Source: an uncultured virus (IMG/VR IMGVR_UViG_2847556114_000004)
Lineage: Duplodnaviria > Heunggongvirae > Uroviricota > Caudoviricetes
Direction: 5' to 3' (one strand)
Virus record (IMG/VR): IMGVR_UViG_2847556114_000004
Length of the DNA stretch: 64,000 bases
Notes under the pieces: model-generated
What the model was told of the DNA's origin: nothing
Databases searched by the model: none
What the model saw: the letters and a program-made list of their open reading frames with translations, nothing else
Translations under genes and position numbers: made by a program
Shown here: piece after piece, positions 9,658-21,255 of the stretch
How the letters are laid out: every line of letters starts with the position of its first letter
Numbering within the stretch: the stretch's first letter is position 1

Positions 9658-9867
9658 ATGAATTTAGTTATTTACAAGGCACTGGAAATCGTGGGGAGTC
9701 AGCAAAGGCTTGCTGACGCCTGTGGAGTTTCTCAACCAGCCGTTCATAAGTGGTTGAACGGAGGATCTGTATCCCCAAAGCACGTTCTATCAATTGTCAA
9801 GGCTACTAATGGTGAGGTCAAAGCCCATGAAATCAGGCCTGACTTATCCGATTTATTTCCACATTAA
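9658..9867 (+). CDS. cro: Cro-like regulator (YdaS family)
   Basis: 'GSQQRLADACGVSQPAVHKW...EIRPDL'; divergent from cI. Confidence 0.88.
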   Translation: MNLVIYKALEIVGSQQRLADACGVSQPAVHKWLNGGSVSPKHVLSIVKATNGEVKAHEIRPDLSDLFPH

Positions 9868-9906
9868 GCCGTCTGACCGGCGGCGCTAACCTTCAGGGGG
9901 CTGCAA

Positions 9907-10446
9907 ATGCAATCACTTACGTTTTACCAGGATACAGGAGTACCGCAACAAGCGGTGATAAATCGCGCTCAACCCTATAAGGGACCGTGTCACGAAGATA
10001 TTCGAGATGCCGTTCGTTCATGGGCGGGTGTAGATGGTCAGGATGTCGTTTCTGCTCTGATCGTCGAAGAGTACCGGGCGCAGGGTGGTGACGAGATTAC
10101 TTTCCCCGGCGATCTCAGCCGACAGCGTCAGAAGCTTTTCCGCTTTCTGGACAACCATTTCAACAGCGAGCGGTACCGCGCGAACGTTCGCCAGCTGACT
10201 CCGGCAATCCTCGCTGTCCTGCCGATTGAATACCGCAATCGTCTGCTACCAGAAGACAACGTAATGGCTCGTCTGGCAAGGCTGGAGAAGGAAACCAGCG
10301 AAGCGAAGATTGCTGTCGCGATGGATGCTCCACGACATCAGAAGCTGAAAGAGCTGAGCGAGGGGATCGTGGAAATGTACCGCGTTGACCCTGGGTTAAC
10401 CGGTCCGCTGATGGAAATGGTGCAGATGATGCTGGGTGCGATGTGA
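9907..10446 (+). CDS. CII-like regulator (YdaT/DUF1019 family)
   Basis: 'IRDAVRSWA...RQKLFRFLDN...LTPAILAVLP'; cII position. Confidence 0.75.
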   Translation: MQSLTFYQDTGVPQQAVINRAQPYKGPCHEDIRDAVRSWAGVDGQDVVSALIVEEYRAQGGDEITFPGDLSRQRQKLFRFLDNHFNSERYRANVRQLTPAILAVLPIEYRNRLLPEDNVMARLARLEKETSEAKIAVAMDAPRHQKLKELSEGIVEMYRVDPGLTGPLMEMVQMMLGAM

Positions 10447-10458
10447 GGGGAAGCAGCA

Positions 10459-10712
10459 ATGAACCACATCGAATTTATCGAAAAGCACGTTCGGGAAGAA
10501 CTGGTCCGACAGGGATTTACTGCGGCAGTGGCGCAGGGGGGGCATTTCAGGCTGTCGATATGTACAAGCGCATGTCTCAGGCAAGTCGAAAAGGGAGGAT
10601 TTTTGATGATGTTTTGCGTCACGAGAAATTATGGGCAGAAAAACAGATGTTGCCCGCGGATCGATTTGAAACTAAGCGCGTTAAGCGCGGTGGTCAGCAA
10701 GGACTGTTCTGA
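10459..10712 (+). pseudogene. Small phage protein frameshifted at a G7 run
   Basis: MNHIEF...AVAQGG in one frame continues as AFQAVDMYKRMSQ... in another; one extra G at 10536-10542 joins them. Confidence 0.6.
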
Positions 10713-10832
10713 AAAGGATGAAGACCGCTGTGTTCCAGCACAGACGGTCTTCGGGTGCAAATCATTGCGAAATCATTGCGAGGTCATTATGACAAAGAGT
10801 TTTTCAAAATACCAGGCAAGGGAGGCATAGTT

Positions 10833-11882
10833 ATGTCGAATGTCGCCTACGCCGATTTTGCGGCGCGTACCGCCGTCAGGAGCAACCGGATGGTGAACCA
10901 GAAGACCGGATTCATCCCGTTGTACCGGAGTGTACTGAAGAAGCCCTGGGCTAAAGATGTCTTCCTGCGCACGCTATGGGAGAACCTTCTGTTGGGCGCC
11001 GCCCGCCAGCCCTACACGGCAAACTTTAAAGGCCGGCAGTGGCCATTACAAACCGGACAACTGGTGACCACGTCGGCAGATCTCGGGCTGAAATTATGCG
11101 ACCGAAATGGGGAGCCAACCAGCCGTCATGCAGTGGAACGAATGCTGGCTCATTTTGTGAAAGAGGGGATGATTTCAACCGCCGGGGAGAAGAGAAAAGG
11201 CACTGTGATTACCATCACAAATTATGTGCAATATGCTCAAAAAACAGACGATGTACCAGCGCAATTCCCCGCGCATTACGGCGAGCATTACGCCGCGCAT
11301 GACGAAGCCAGCAATGGCGGGGCTTCCGGTGGCGATGCCGAGCATTTACCCGCGCATAAGGCCGCGCAATTCCCCGCGCATCATGAACAACAATATAATA
11401 ACAACAATATAAATAATAAGATCTCTTCGTCTCGGAATTCTGAAGAATCCCGAAACGAGGCGACTGAAAAATTCCTCTCTCGTCACCCGGAAGCTGCTGA
11501 CGGAATCTACACCCCGGCAGGTAAGTCCTGGGGAACAGCCGATGATCTCAAAGCGGCACGCTGGATACATACCCTGCGCCTGACTGTCAATGCCAGCCTG
11601 AGCGAACCAAATTGGGTCGAATGGGCTAACACAATCCGCCTGATGCGTGTGCAGGACAACCGCACGCACTTCGACATTTGCGATTTGTTCAAATGGGCCA
11701 ACAAAGATGATTTCTGGAAAGACAACATCCTGAGCCCTTCAAGTCTGCGCAAGCAGTGGGACCAACTGACGACCAGGCGTATACGTTGCGGTGACCATGC
11801 GGCCCCGGCAACCGGGAAAAACAAGGTCGATTACAACAACACAGACTGGATCAACGGGGTGTTCGATGAAAAACCTTTCTGA
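10833..11882 (+). CDS. Replication initiator (lambda O-like) containing the origin
   Basis: GGAGG RBS before ATG 10833; C-terminal 'WANTIRLM...DDFWKDNILSPSSLRKQWDQL'. Confidence 0.85.
   Translation: MSNVAYADFAARTAVRSNRMVNQKTGFIPLYRSVLKKPWAKDVFLRTLWENLLLGAARQPYTANFKGRQWPLQTGQLVTTSADLGLKLCDRNGEPTSRHAVERMLAHFVKEGMISTAGEKRKGTVITITNYVQYAQKTDDVPAQFPAHYGEHYAAHDEASNGGASGGDAEHLPAHKAAQFPAHHEQQYNNNNINNKISSSRNSEESRNEATEKFLSRHPEAADGIYTPAGKSWGTADDLKAARWIHTLRLTVNASLSEPNWVEWANTIRLMRVQDNRTHFDICDLFKWANKDDFWKDNILSPSSLRKQWDQLTTRRIRCGDHAAPATGKNKVDYNNTDWINGVFDEKPF
11256..11420. repeat. Iteron-like repeats plus AT-rich tract (putative ori)
   Basis: Two clusters of (c/g)cg(c/a)gca units at 12-nt spacing followed by aacaacaatataataacaacaatataaataataa. 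Confidence 0.7.
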
Positions 11883-12558
11883 GCAGATGGTCAACTTCGA
11901 CCGCGAAAACTTTGTACGTGTAGCTCACGGTATGCAGGAACAGCAGGACGTGCAGGCTCCCGACGTTGAGCAAACTGCGGAAATCTTCAACTCCCTGTTC
12001 AGCGCCCTTCGAGCTGCGTTCCCGGCCAGCGCTCACAGCTTCAATAATCAGGCTGAGTTCGACGAATTGCGACGCCAGTGGTTGCTGGCTTTCAGTGAAA
12101 ACGGGATCACAACCATGGAGCAGGTCAACGCTGGTCTTCGTGTGGCGCGTCGCCAGGAGCGCCCGTTTCTGCCATCTCCTGGGCAATTTGTTGCCTGGTG
12201 CAGGGAAGGGCGTTGTGTGCTCGGTATCACGGTTGCTGATGTCATGGCTGAGTACTGGAAGTGGCAGAAGCTGGTTTTCCGTTACACGAGCAGTGAGAAA
12301 TATCCATGGTCCAGGGATGTTCTGTATCACATCTGTCTCGAACTACGTCACCGTAGCACCGAAGGGCAACTGAGCCGACAGGAACTGGAGCGCGAAGCTG
12401 TGAAGGTGCTGGAAATGTGGGAACGCCGTGTGTTGTCAGGAAAACCGATACCACCAGTACGACGCGCTCTGGCTGCGCCTAAACCAGTAACCGGGCCAAC
12501 ACCGGCAGAGATGCTGATGGCTCAGTACAAACAACGCAAAAACGCTGGTCTGATTTGA
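11866..12558 (+). CDS. Replication protein P-like (helicase loader)
   Basis: 'ELRRQWLLAFSENGITTMEQVNAG...PFLPSPGQFVAWC'. Confidence 0.88.
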   Translation: MKNLSEQMVNFDRENFVRVAHGMQEQQDVQAPDVEQTAEIFNSLFSALRAAFPASAHSFNNQAEFDELRRQWLLAFSENGITTMEQVNAGLRVARRQERPFLPSPGQFVAWCREGRCVLGITVADVMAEYWKWQKLVFRYTSSEKYPWSRDVLYHICLELRHRSTEGQLSRQELEREAVKVLEMWERRVLSGKPIPPVRRALAAPKPVTGPTPAEMLMAQYKQRKNAGLI

Positions 12559-12569
12559 CGGGAGACGCT

Positions 12570-13322
12570 ATGAAAACTGTAATTTACGCACTGAAAGCAA
12601 TGGGCAAATCTACCTGTCGCGAAATTTCCGCCAGGCTGAATAAAGACGTACGCGACATGCTTAAGATTCTGGAAAACATGGAAGACCAGGGGGCGGTAAA
12701 ATTTGTTAACGGTTACTGGTCAGTTGCCTGTGCAGAAGACAAAAAACAAGCGCTACCAGCAGAACCAGCTAAAACTGTCCTGCGTGCGAAAAATTTGAAC
12801 GACACTCCAAAAAAGCCGCTGCGTGGTGAAGTTGCCGAACCGATAAAACCTGAGGCCATAGTCGCACTACTGACTGAAAGCGGGAATATGGGCACCGTAG
12901 CACTCGCGTTGGCGGTGGAACGCGATCCAAGAGGTTTAGCATCAAATCTATGCCTGATGGCAAAGCGCGGATATATCCAAAAAATCGGTCAGGGGAAAGG
13001 TGTTAAATGGGGACTTCCCGACTACAGGGCTGTTCCCGTGGTGCCGGAATTTGCAGAGTTGCCAGATATCGAAATCACACCGAAGGTTGCGGCGCCAGCC
13101 GTGGCGGATACGGACCGTGTTCAGGTTGAAGAGTTTCTGGACAGCATCCCTGTGCTGAAAAAGGCGAGTCAGCCAGTACTGGTCCCGACACTGCGTGAAA
13201 TCAGTAATGAAATCCGCAAAACAAAATCCAATCTCGATAGCCTGGAAAAACTCCGAGACGCTGTTCGTGAAGTGAACCGGAATCGCCGTGTGCTGCGCTT
13301 ATTTGTCGGGGAGGCTGAATAA
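12570..13322 (+). CDS. Winged-HTH phage protein (DUF1627-like)
   Basis: Two HTH-like segments and a C-terminal coiled coil. Confidence 0.6.
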   Translation: MKTVIYALKAMGKSTCREISARLNKDVRDMLKILENMEDQGAVKFVNGYWSVACAEDKKQALPAEPAKTVLRAKNLNDTPKKPLRGEVAEPIKPEAIVALLTESGNMGTVALALAVERDPRGLASNLCLMAKRGYIQKIGQGKGVKWGLPDYRAVPVVPEFAELPDIEITPKVAAPAVADTDRVQVEEFLDSIPVLKKASQPVLVPTLREISNEIRKTKSNLDSLEKLRDAVREVNRNRRVLRLFVGEAE

Positions 13323-13324
13323 CG

Positions 13325-13636
13325 ATGGCAAGCAAATCACTGTGGGCGATCGTCGATTTCCTTCGGGTTAACCAGACCATAACACCTCGTCAGGTTCAGA
13401 GCCTGCTGGGTTGCGACTGCAAGAAGGCGCACAACCTGCTGCTTCACCTAGTACGCAAAACGGTAGTAATCCGCACTGGCGAGCCGCATCGCCCGGTCTA
13501 TTCGCTTCAGCCCGGTGGCGAGCAGAATATCAAGCAACTCAAATCGAAAGTGAGAAAAAACATGGTCACATCCGTATGCCGCACGAGTCCGGCGATGAAA
13601 CGTGTACTGGCGTTTTACGGGAGAGCATCAGCATGA
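13325..13636 (+). CDS. Hypothetical HTH-like phage protein
   Basis: Near-identical copy at 62756..63067. Confidence 0.7.
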   Translation: MASKSLWAIVDFLRVNQTITPRQVQSLLGCDCKKAHNLLLHLVRKTVVIRTGEPHRPVYSLQPGGEQNIKQLKSKVRKNMVTSVCRTSPAMKRVLAFYGRASA

Positions 13637-14184
13637 AACCAGACGTTAATAAAATCATCGCCGATATCAAGGCGACAAAAGGGAACCGCAAATTTTGTAA
13701 TGGCCTGGCTGGCACACTCCAGGATGATAATTATGCGTCATCGATTTGCAAATACGTTAAAACCGTAACGCCGGAAAGAATCGATCTCCTGATTGAATAC
13801 GCTGAAAAACTTGAAGCCGAAGTCACAGACATGGCAGTACAGCTCGCTAACGCCGAGAGCAAGTGCAGGGAGCTGGCGGCGGAGTTAAGTGCTGTAGATA
13901 AAATTCACAACGAAGCGGTATTCATCACTGACGACCATTACGAACAATGTCCGCCAGAAGTGCAGAAGATGATTCGCTCACTGGCTGTGTTGCAAATACC
14001 TGCTTGCGACGCGTTCCTGGCTGAAGTGCGGGCGCAGGGTGTTGAAATGCTGGCGGCGGAATACGAATCGAAAATCGAGCCATATAAAACTCACGATGAA
14101 TTCATGAACGCTCACTACCTGACAATGCAAGCCAATGAAGCCCGCCAGTTCGCCGCCCAACTTCGCAAAGGAGCAGCGCTATGA
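13633..14184 (+). CDS. Hypothetical nin-region protein (Ead/Eae-like mosaic)
   Basis: ATGA coupling; 'DAFLAEVRAQGVE' motif; N-half shared with 63064..63705. Confidence 0.65.
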   Translation: MKPDVNKIIADIKATKGNRKFCNGLAGTLQDDNYASSICKYVKTVTPERIDLLIEYAEKLEAEVTDMAVQLANAESKCRELAAELSAVDKIHNEAVFITDDHYEQCPPEVQKMIRSLAVLQIPACDAFLAEVRAQGVEMLAAEYESKIEPYKTHDEFMNAHYLTMQANEARQFAAQLRKGAAL

Positions 14185-14393
14185 GCAAACCAACCGATGA
14201 AGAAATCATCCAGGTGCTTCGTGACCATGGCAATTGCATGACCTATGTGGTCACTCACTGGTTACGCGATAAATACAAGGGAGCCAAGACAGCGTATGTG
14301 CTGCGCCGCCTGAAAAAGCTTGAGGCTCTCGGTGAAGTGAAGCGAGTGAAAAGTAGTTATGCGGTTCAAATCTGCTGGGAGGCCGCCCAATGA
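14181..14393 (+). CDS. Hypothetical phage protein
   Basis: ATGA-coupled ORF in operon. Confidence 0.6.
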   Translation: MSKPTDEEIIQVLRDHGNCMTYVVTHWLRDKYKGAKTAYVLRRLKKLEALGEVKRVKSSYAVQICWEAAQ

Positions 14394-14764
14394 CAGCACT
14401 CAACAAACAGGCGCTGATTGCAAAAATCAAAAAGCAGGCCGAGAGCTTTGACACAGTAGTGCTGAAAGAGGACGAAGCTAACGCGCTGCTGGATGAGCTG
14501 GAAGCCAAAGACGCAACCATAGATACTCAGCAGCAGGAAATACGGACACTTCTTAATGCTCTGGAGCAAGCAACAGATAAGCGAAACTATGACATTGCTG
14601 GTCAGAAGCAGCTTATTGGGTGGCGGGCATCAGATTACACCGATGAGACATCTGACCCTGAGTTAGCTAAAAACTGGGCCGCTGCTATTGGTGTGCTGCC
14701 TATTTTTGAAGGAGACGTGAATACCAAACTTAGCACCGCTGGCATTGGCGTGAAGGGGGAGTGA
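14390..14764 (+). CDS. Ead/Ea22-like protein
   Basis: 'MTALNKQAL...ALLDELEA...AGIGVKGE'. Confidence 0.6.
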   Translation: MTALNKQALIAKIKKQAESFDTVVLKEDEANALLDELEAKDATIDTQQQEIRTLLNALEQATDKRNYDIAGQKQLIGWRASDYTDETSDPELAKNWAAAIGVLPIFEGDVNTKLSTAGIGVKGE

Positions 14765-14765
14765 G

Positions 14766-15074
14766 ATGGATAAATTAATCAAACCTACCACAAAAGGTAA
14801 ACATGACGGTTCATGTGATTATCTTTGCTCGGAAGATGCGCGATTCATCGTTATGCGCGGCGATTATACGGAAGCGGAAATAATTCAGGCTTCTGTGTCC
14901 CAAGATGTAATCGACTCGGATGGTGCGGCTGATTTTGCAAGTAGCGCCCGCTATTATCAGTGCTGGTACAAAGTTAGCCCAATAGGTGGTCAGGATGGCT
15001 ATTCAGGCTGGCATCATCCTCGTGACTCGCCGTGTCGCGGTGCATATTTCGCATCAGTTTTGCAATGGGATTAA
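14766..15074 (+). CDS. Hypothetical phage protein
   Basis: Tightly packed ORF. Confidence 0.55.
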   Translation: MDKLIKPTTKGKHDGSCDYLCSEDARFIVMRGDYTEAEIIQASVSQDVIDSDGAADFASSARYYQCWYKVSPIGGQDGYSGWHHPRDSPCRGAYFASVLQWD

Positions 15075-15087
15075 GGAGGACTAACCC

Positions 15088-16020
15088 ATGACAACTAACA
15101 ACCACCCGGCGCACGGTCCTGTATCACTCGATCGCCTGCACCAGATACGCGAAATACTCAGCAAAGCAGCAGCACAAAGCGACGGCGGTAATCTCGGCTA
15201 CGCAATAGCTGATGCTGTGAAGGTGATTGATGAGGCTATTGCAGCGTTTGGTGCTGAGCCTGCACCAGTAGATATTGAAATGCTGGCCACTGTACTGAGA
15301 AACGCTCCGTTAGCGCCGTCAGATAGCCAGGGCAAGCCGAGAGCGCCGGTAGTGCCGGATGAAGATCCGCGAGATGCATTCGAGCGAACATTCAAAATGC
15401 CGAAGCATGTCACCCGCTGCGGTACCGGATATGCAGTAACGGCATATTCCGCATGGTTAGCCCATGATTTCGTTAGGATGTGGGAGGGCTGGAACGCTTG
15501 CCGCGCCGCCATGCTTCAGGGTGCCGAACCTGCAAGTAATTGCGATGAATTACCGCTGGACTACCTGCAAGGGCACAAAGACGGGCTGGAATGGGCAGCA
15601 CAACTGGCAAAAGCAAATCATCCGGAAACTGGCGACTGGCTTTACGATGACCCTATCGAATTGTCAAAGGCGATACGCAAGGGGCCGGATATGCCATTAT
15701 CCGATGGCAACTCTCCGGTGATTCAGGATGGCTGGATTAAGTGCAGCGAGCGGATGCCGGAAGACGAGCAGGAGGTTCTAACCAGGAACAGGATGGGGCA
15801 TTGCTTTGTATCGTTCTTTGATGAGCATTCAGGGCTGTTTTTCGACAGAGTAGATGTGGCCGCCGCATGCTGTATAGAGCACATATTGGTAACCCATTGG
15901 ATGCCACTGCCAGCAGCACCGCAGCAGGAGGCTGAGAACAGAATTCAGATTGGCAAATCCGAAGCCAAGGAAGAGTGGGATATGGGGGCGCGTCTGACAA
16001 AGCACAGATTCAAACCATAG
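15088..16020 (+). CDS. Eaa-like mosaic protein with C-terminal DUF551
   Basis: 'GWNACRAAMLQG', 'WIKCSERMP...VTHWMPLP'. Confidence 0.75.
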   Translation: MTTNNHPAHGPVSLDRLHQIREILSKAAAQSDGGNLGYAIADAVKVIDEAIAAFGAEPAPVDIEMLATVLRNAPLAPSDSQGKPRAPVVPDEDPRDAFERTFKMPKHVTRCGTGYAVTAYSAWLAHDFVRMWEGWNACRAAMLQGAEPASNCDELPLDYLQGHKDGLEWAAQLAKANHPETGDWLYDDPIELSKAIRKGPDMPLSDGNSPVIQDGWIKCSERMPEDEQEVLTRNRMGHCFVSFFDEHSGLFFDRVDVAAACCIEHILVTHWMPLPAAPQQEAENRIQIGKSEAKEEWDMGARLTKHRFKP

Positions 16021-16061
16021 CTACCATACAAGCGATATGTGAATTCCCATATCGACAATAT

Positions 16062-16083
16062 AACCCGCTACGGCGGGTTTTTT
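16062..16083 (+). terminator. Intrinsic terminator
   Basis: aacccgc-tacg-gcgggtttttt. Confidence 0.75.
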
Positions 16084-16089
16084 CTTGCA

Positions 16090-16123
16090 TTGATTTTCCA
16101 TTATCAACTGTACATAATGTCAG
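16090..16123 (+). promoter_or_regulatory. sigma70 promoter overlapped by a LexA box
   Basis: TTGATT-17-CATAAT with CTGTACATAATGTCAG (CTG-N10-CAG) at 16108..16123. Confidence 0.65.
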
Positions 16124-16168
16124 TGTCAGCCTGAACAACTGACGACTTGATGCGCCACGGAGAGAACC

Positions 16169-16771
16169 ATGGCGCACGAACTACACCTCATTAAGCATCA
16201 ATCAGGAATCCTGATCCCCGCGACGCCGGAGACCAGCGATATTCTGCAATCAAAAATCAAACTCGGCGCCGTGCTGGTGGCTGAGTTCCGGCAGGTACGC
16301 AACCCGGCGTTTCACCGTCGTTTTTTCGCGTTACTCAATCTCGGTTTCGAATACTGGGAACCTACTGGCGGGGCGATCTCTTCCAACGAACGAAAATTGG
16401 TGACCGGGTGCGCTAAATACCTTGCCTCGTTCGGAGGAAGCGAAACAGCTCTTTTGGATGCTGCCGAGCAGTATCTGGAGCAGGTAGCCAGTCGTCGAAT
16501 TACCAATGGGATCAGCCTGTGTAAATCCTTTGACGCGTACCGTGCCTGGGTAATTGTCGAGGCCGGCCACTACGACGCAATTCAACTACCTGACGGAACT
16601 CTTCGTAAACACCCCCGCAGCATAGCCTTCGCCAACATGCATGAAACCGAGTTCCAGCAACTGTACAAAGCCGCGCTTGATGTTCTGTGGCGCTGGGTAT
16701 TATCCCGGGCTTTCAAGGACCAGCGTGAAGCGGAAAACGCCGCATCGCAACTCTTGAGCTTTGCGGGGTAA
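16169..16771 (+). CDS. DUF1367 family protein
   Basis: 'RNPAFHRRFFALLNLGFEYWEP...SIAFANM'. Confidence 0.8.
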   Translation: MAHELHLIKHQSGILIPATPETSDILQSKIKLGAVLVAEFRQVRNPAFHRRFFALLNLGFEYWEPTGGAISSNERKLVTGCAKYLASFGGSETALLDAAEQYLEQVASRRITNGISLCKSFDAYRAWVIVEAGHYDAIQLPDGTLRKHPRSIAFANMHETEFQQLYKAALDVLWRWVLSRAFKDQREAENAASQLLSFAG

Positions 16772-16977
16772 TGGTGATGAAATATTCATGGTTTCACCAT
16801 CACGAATGCACCACCGAGCAGGCCGACGACCTGGTGACCAGTTACCGCCGTCGTGGCTCCACGGTAGAACGCAGCCTTAATCGCGACAACATAACCTGGA
16901 CTGTCAGCGCAAAATTACCTGAATGCGAGCATCCGGCGCGTACACCAAGAACCTTTCGACAAAAGGTCTGGGGGTGA
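16771..16977 (+). CDS. Hypothetical phage protein
   Basis: Coupled ORF 'SWFHHHECTTEQA'. Confidence 0.65.
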   Translation: MVMKYSWFHHHECTTEQADDLVTSYRRRGSTVERSLNRDNITWTVSAKLPECEHPARTPRTFRQKVWG

Positions 16978-16979
16978 TT

Positions 16980-17588
16980 ATGGCTAAGTTACCGCGCCGG
17001 AAGTGCGCCAACAAAGAATGCCGCCAGTGGTTCCATCCTGTGCGCGATACGCAGACGGTTTGCGGCTACGAATGCGCCAGCGCCGTCGGCAAAGAGCAGA
17101 CCAGAAAAGCCCGGGAAACCGCACAGCATGCAGAACGGATGCAACAGCGCGTTACTGAAAAGAAAGAGCGAGCAGCCTGGCGCAAGCGTAAAGCTGCGGT
17201 TAAACCGCTGAGGCACTGGGAGGATTTAACCCAGCGCGTCGTCAATGACTATATTCGCGAGCGTGACCATGATTTGCCATGCATCAGTTGCGGGACGTTC
17301 GAAACCGTCCAGTGGGAAGCAGGTCACTACCGCTCACGCGGTAAGGCATCACATCTTCGCTATCACGAAGACAATATCAGTAAACAGTGCCACCACTGTA
17401 ACGTTCAGCTGTCGGGCAATCAGCAGCAGTACCGCCTTGGCCTTATAGAGAAAATTGGGGCTGAACGCGTTGAGGCGCTCGAAAACAATAACACCCCGCA
17501 CCGATACACCATCGAAGAACTCGAAGCCATCAGAAAGCATTACAGCGCGCTGAGGCGACAACTCGTCAAAGCAAGGGAGGCCGCATGA
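16980..17588 (+). CDS. ninG: NinG/Rap family recombination endonuclease
   Basis: 'YIRERD..PCISCG...AGHYRSRG...NI.KQC..CN...SGN'. Confidence 0.88.
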   Translation: MAKLPRRKCANKECRQWFHPVRDTQTVCGYECASAVGKEQTRKARETAQHAERMQQRVTEKKERAAWRKRKAAVKPLRHWEDLTQRVVNDYIRERDHDLPCISCGTFETVQWEAGHYRSRGKASHLRYHEDNISKQCHHCNVQLSGNQQQYRLGLIEKIGAERVEALENNNTPHRYTIEELEAIRKHYSALRRQLVKAREAA

Positions 17589-17725
17589 CATTCGAATCCT
17601 ACTTTGCCGATCACCTCCGCGTTCGTTGGCAACGATTGCGCTTATATCACTTTCCCGGCTCTGTGCTGACGGACTACCGAATACTGAAGAATTACGTGAA
17701 AACTTATGCTGGAGAAGCGCTATGA
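17585..17725 (+). CDS. YlcG-family small protein
   Basis: Translated by hand: MTFESYFADHLRVRWQRLRLYHFPGSVLTDYRILKNYVK; ATGA overlaps at both ends. Confidence 0.7.
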   Translation: MTFESYFADHLRVRWQRLRLYHFPGSVLTDYRILKNYVKTYAGEAL

Positions 17726-18552
17726 ACCTCGAAAACACAGTGAAATACCACTTTGCAAAATCCACTCTGATTAGCGATTCTCCGCGTGCTACCGCCTCTG
17801 ATTCACTGACTTGCACCGACATCATGGCGGCAATGGGCATGACTCAGGAACGCGCTGCCATGGGGTACAGTGCTTTCCTCGGCAAGATGGGTATAAGTAA
17901 TAACGACCGGGAGCGGGCGATCGGACTGCTGGCTGAGTATGCGATGACCAAATGTGACAAGGTTGCCGCGCTGCGTAAGTTGGATTTCGGGGTTAAGCCT
18001 CAGGTGATGCACCAGTTGGCCACCTTCGCATTTGAGGATTATTCCCGCAGCGCAGCCAGTGTAAAACGGTGCGATTGCTGCAACGGTGAGGGCTTTATTG
18101 ATGCTGAGGTATTCAGTATGAAAACCAATACGCCGGCACATGCAAAAGAAATCATTAAGGCATCAAAAGCGTTTGGTTTGAAGGTGATACCTTCGCAGCA
18201 CCAAAACAGGCGTGAGGTAAAAGAGATAACGCGCGTTCTCTGTCCTCAGTGCAAAGGGAAAAAAGCCATCAGTTGCGCATGTAGTGATTGCCGTGGCCGT
18301 GGGAAAGCGGTGAATCAGAAGGAAACGAAGCAGCAAGGCGTTCCAGTATTCAGCACCTGCAAGCGCTGTGGCGGTCGCGGATATGAGCGCATCCCGTCAA
18401 CTGAGGCCCACGCAGCTGTTTGCCAGATTACGGATGTAATCAGCCTGGATACGTGGAAGAAGTCCGTTAAACCGTTCTATGATCAGCTGATTACGAAATT
18501 CGATATTGAAGAGGCATGGGCAGAAAACCAACTGAAACAAATAACACGATAA
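17722..18552 (+). CDS. Late antiterminator Q (phage 82-type, Zn-finger)
   Basis: MNLENTVKYHFAKS..., repeated CxxCxGxG; last gene before the late promoter. Confidence 0.85.
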   Translation: MNLENTVKYHFAKSTLISDSPRATASDSLTCTDIMAAMGMTQERAAMGYSAFLGKMGISNNDRERAIGLLAEYAMTKCDKVAALRKLDFGVKPQVMHQLATFAFEDYSRSAASVKRCDCCNGEGFIDAEVFSMKTNTPAHAKEIIKASKAFGLKVIPSQHQNRREVKEITRVLCPQCKGKKAISCACSDCRGRGKAVNQKETKQQGVPVFSTCKRCGGRGYERIPSTEAHAAVCQITDVISLDTWKKSVKPFYDQLITKFDIEEAWAENQLKQITR

Positions 18553-18577
18553 CGGTTATGGAAGTTAATTCCAGCTA

Positions 18578-18667
18578 TTTACTTTTCCCGAATCTGTGTT
18601 AATTTTATCCCAACGATGGGTTAATGCCTTCGTTTCAAGCCCTGCGGATAACACCGTGGGGCTTTTT
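18578..18667 (+). promoter_or_regulatory. Putative late promoter pR' and terminator tR'
   Basis: TTTACT...TAATTT right after Q, then aagccctgcgg...ccgtggggcttttt hairpin. Confidence 0.6.
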
Positions 18668-18931
18668 GCGTTTCTGGAGACAGCAATACCAAGGTTCGAG
18701 ACATTCAGGTAAAATTGATGCATTACAGGATGTGAGGTTGGGGAATGAATAATCTACCCGATGATTACTTTTTGGATGCGGACGACGAACTCGTTGCTTT
18801 TCTGGAGAAGCAGGGCGAGGATTGTATACGCGAAATTCACCAGTCCAACGCACTAAACAAAGATGTCAACAACGGGTAAAAAGTGATCCACTTACCGCCA
18901 CCACCAACGGTTTAATATTGATCCACCTTGT

Positions 18932-20761
<1,830 letters not shown>

Positions 20762-21255
20762 TAACCCCTGGATCAATTTTCAACCGCTGGGGTGGATCAG
20801 TTTTGCACCGTTGGTAACAAAAGAAAATGGCCAGAAGTTATTGAGTATACTCATTGCTGGCGTGGGCTCGTCATTTTTGTTATTAACGCAACGCACAGGT
20901 TTTGATTACCTCACCGCTGGAATGTCTGTTTTTTTAGTCTACTGGGCAATGTGTGCGGCTTATCTTGTTCGCTGCGTCCTCGTTGTAAGGTCACGAGCTC
21001 TCGTGTCATCGACACCCTTTGCGCTTTACCATGATGGCTATAAAGGGTTTACTGAAGATGATTACACTGGTTTTGAGTCGAAAGGATTTTCAGCAAAGCG
21101 TTCAACATTGAACGTCTTGCGGCGCTACCGGCTTGCGGATTTAACCAGAATGGCTGAAATGAGTAAAAAAGAGAATGCCAGAATAGGCCGAGAACTAGAA
21201 AGGGTAAGGATCGCTACAATCCTCACCCCTGTTTGTGCACTTGTTATCTCAGTAC

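Noticed and set aside
9658..10446. YdaS/YdaT toxin-antitoxin pair
   Set aside because: Position and sequence fit cro/cII; the TA label for this family is an annotation legacy.
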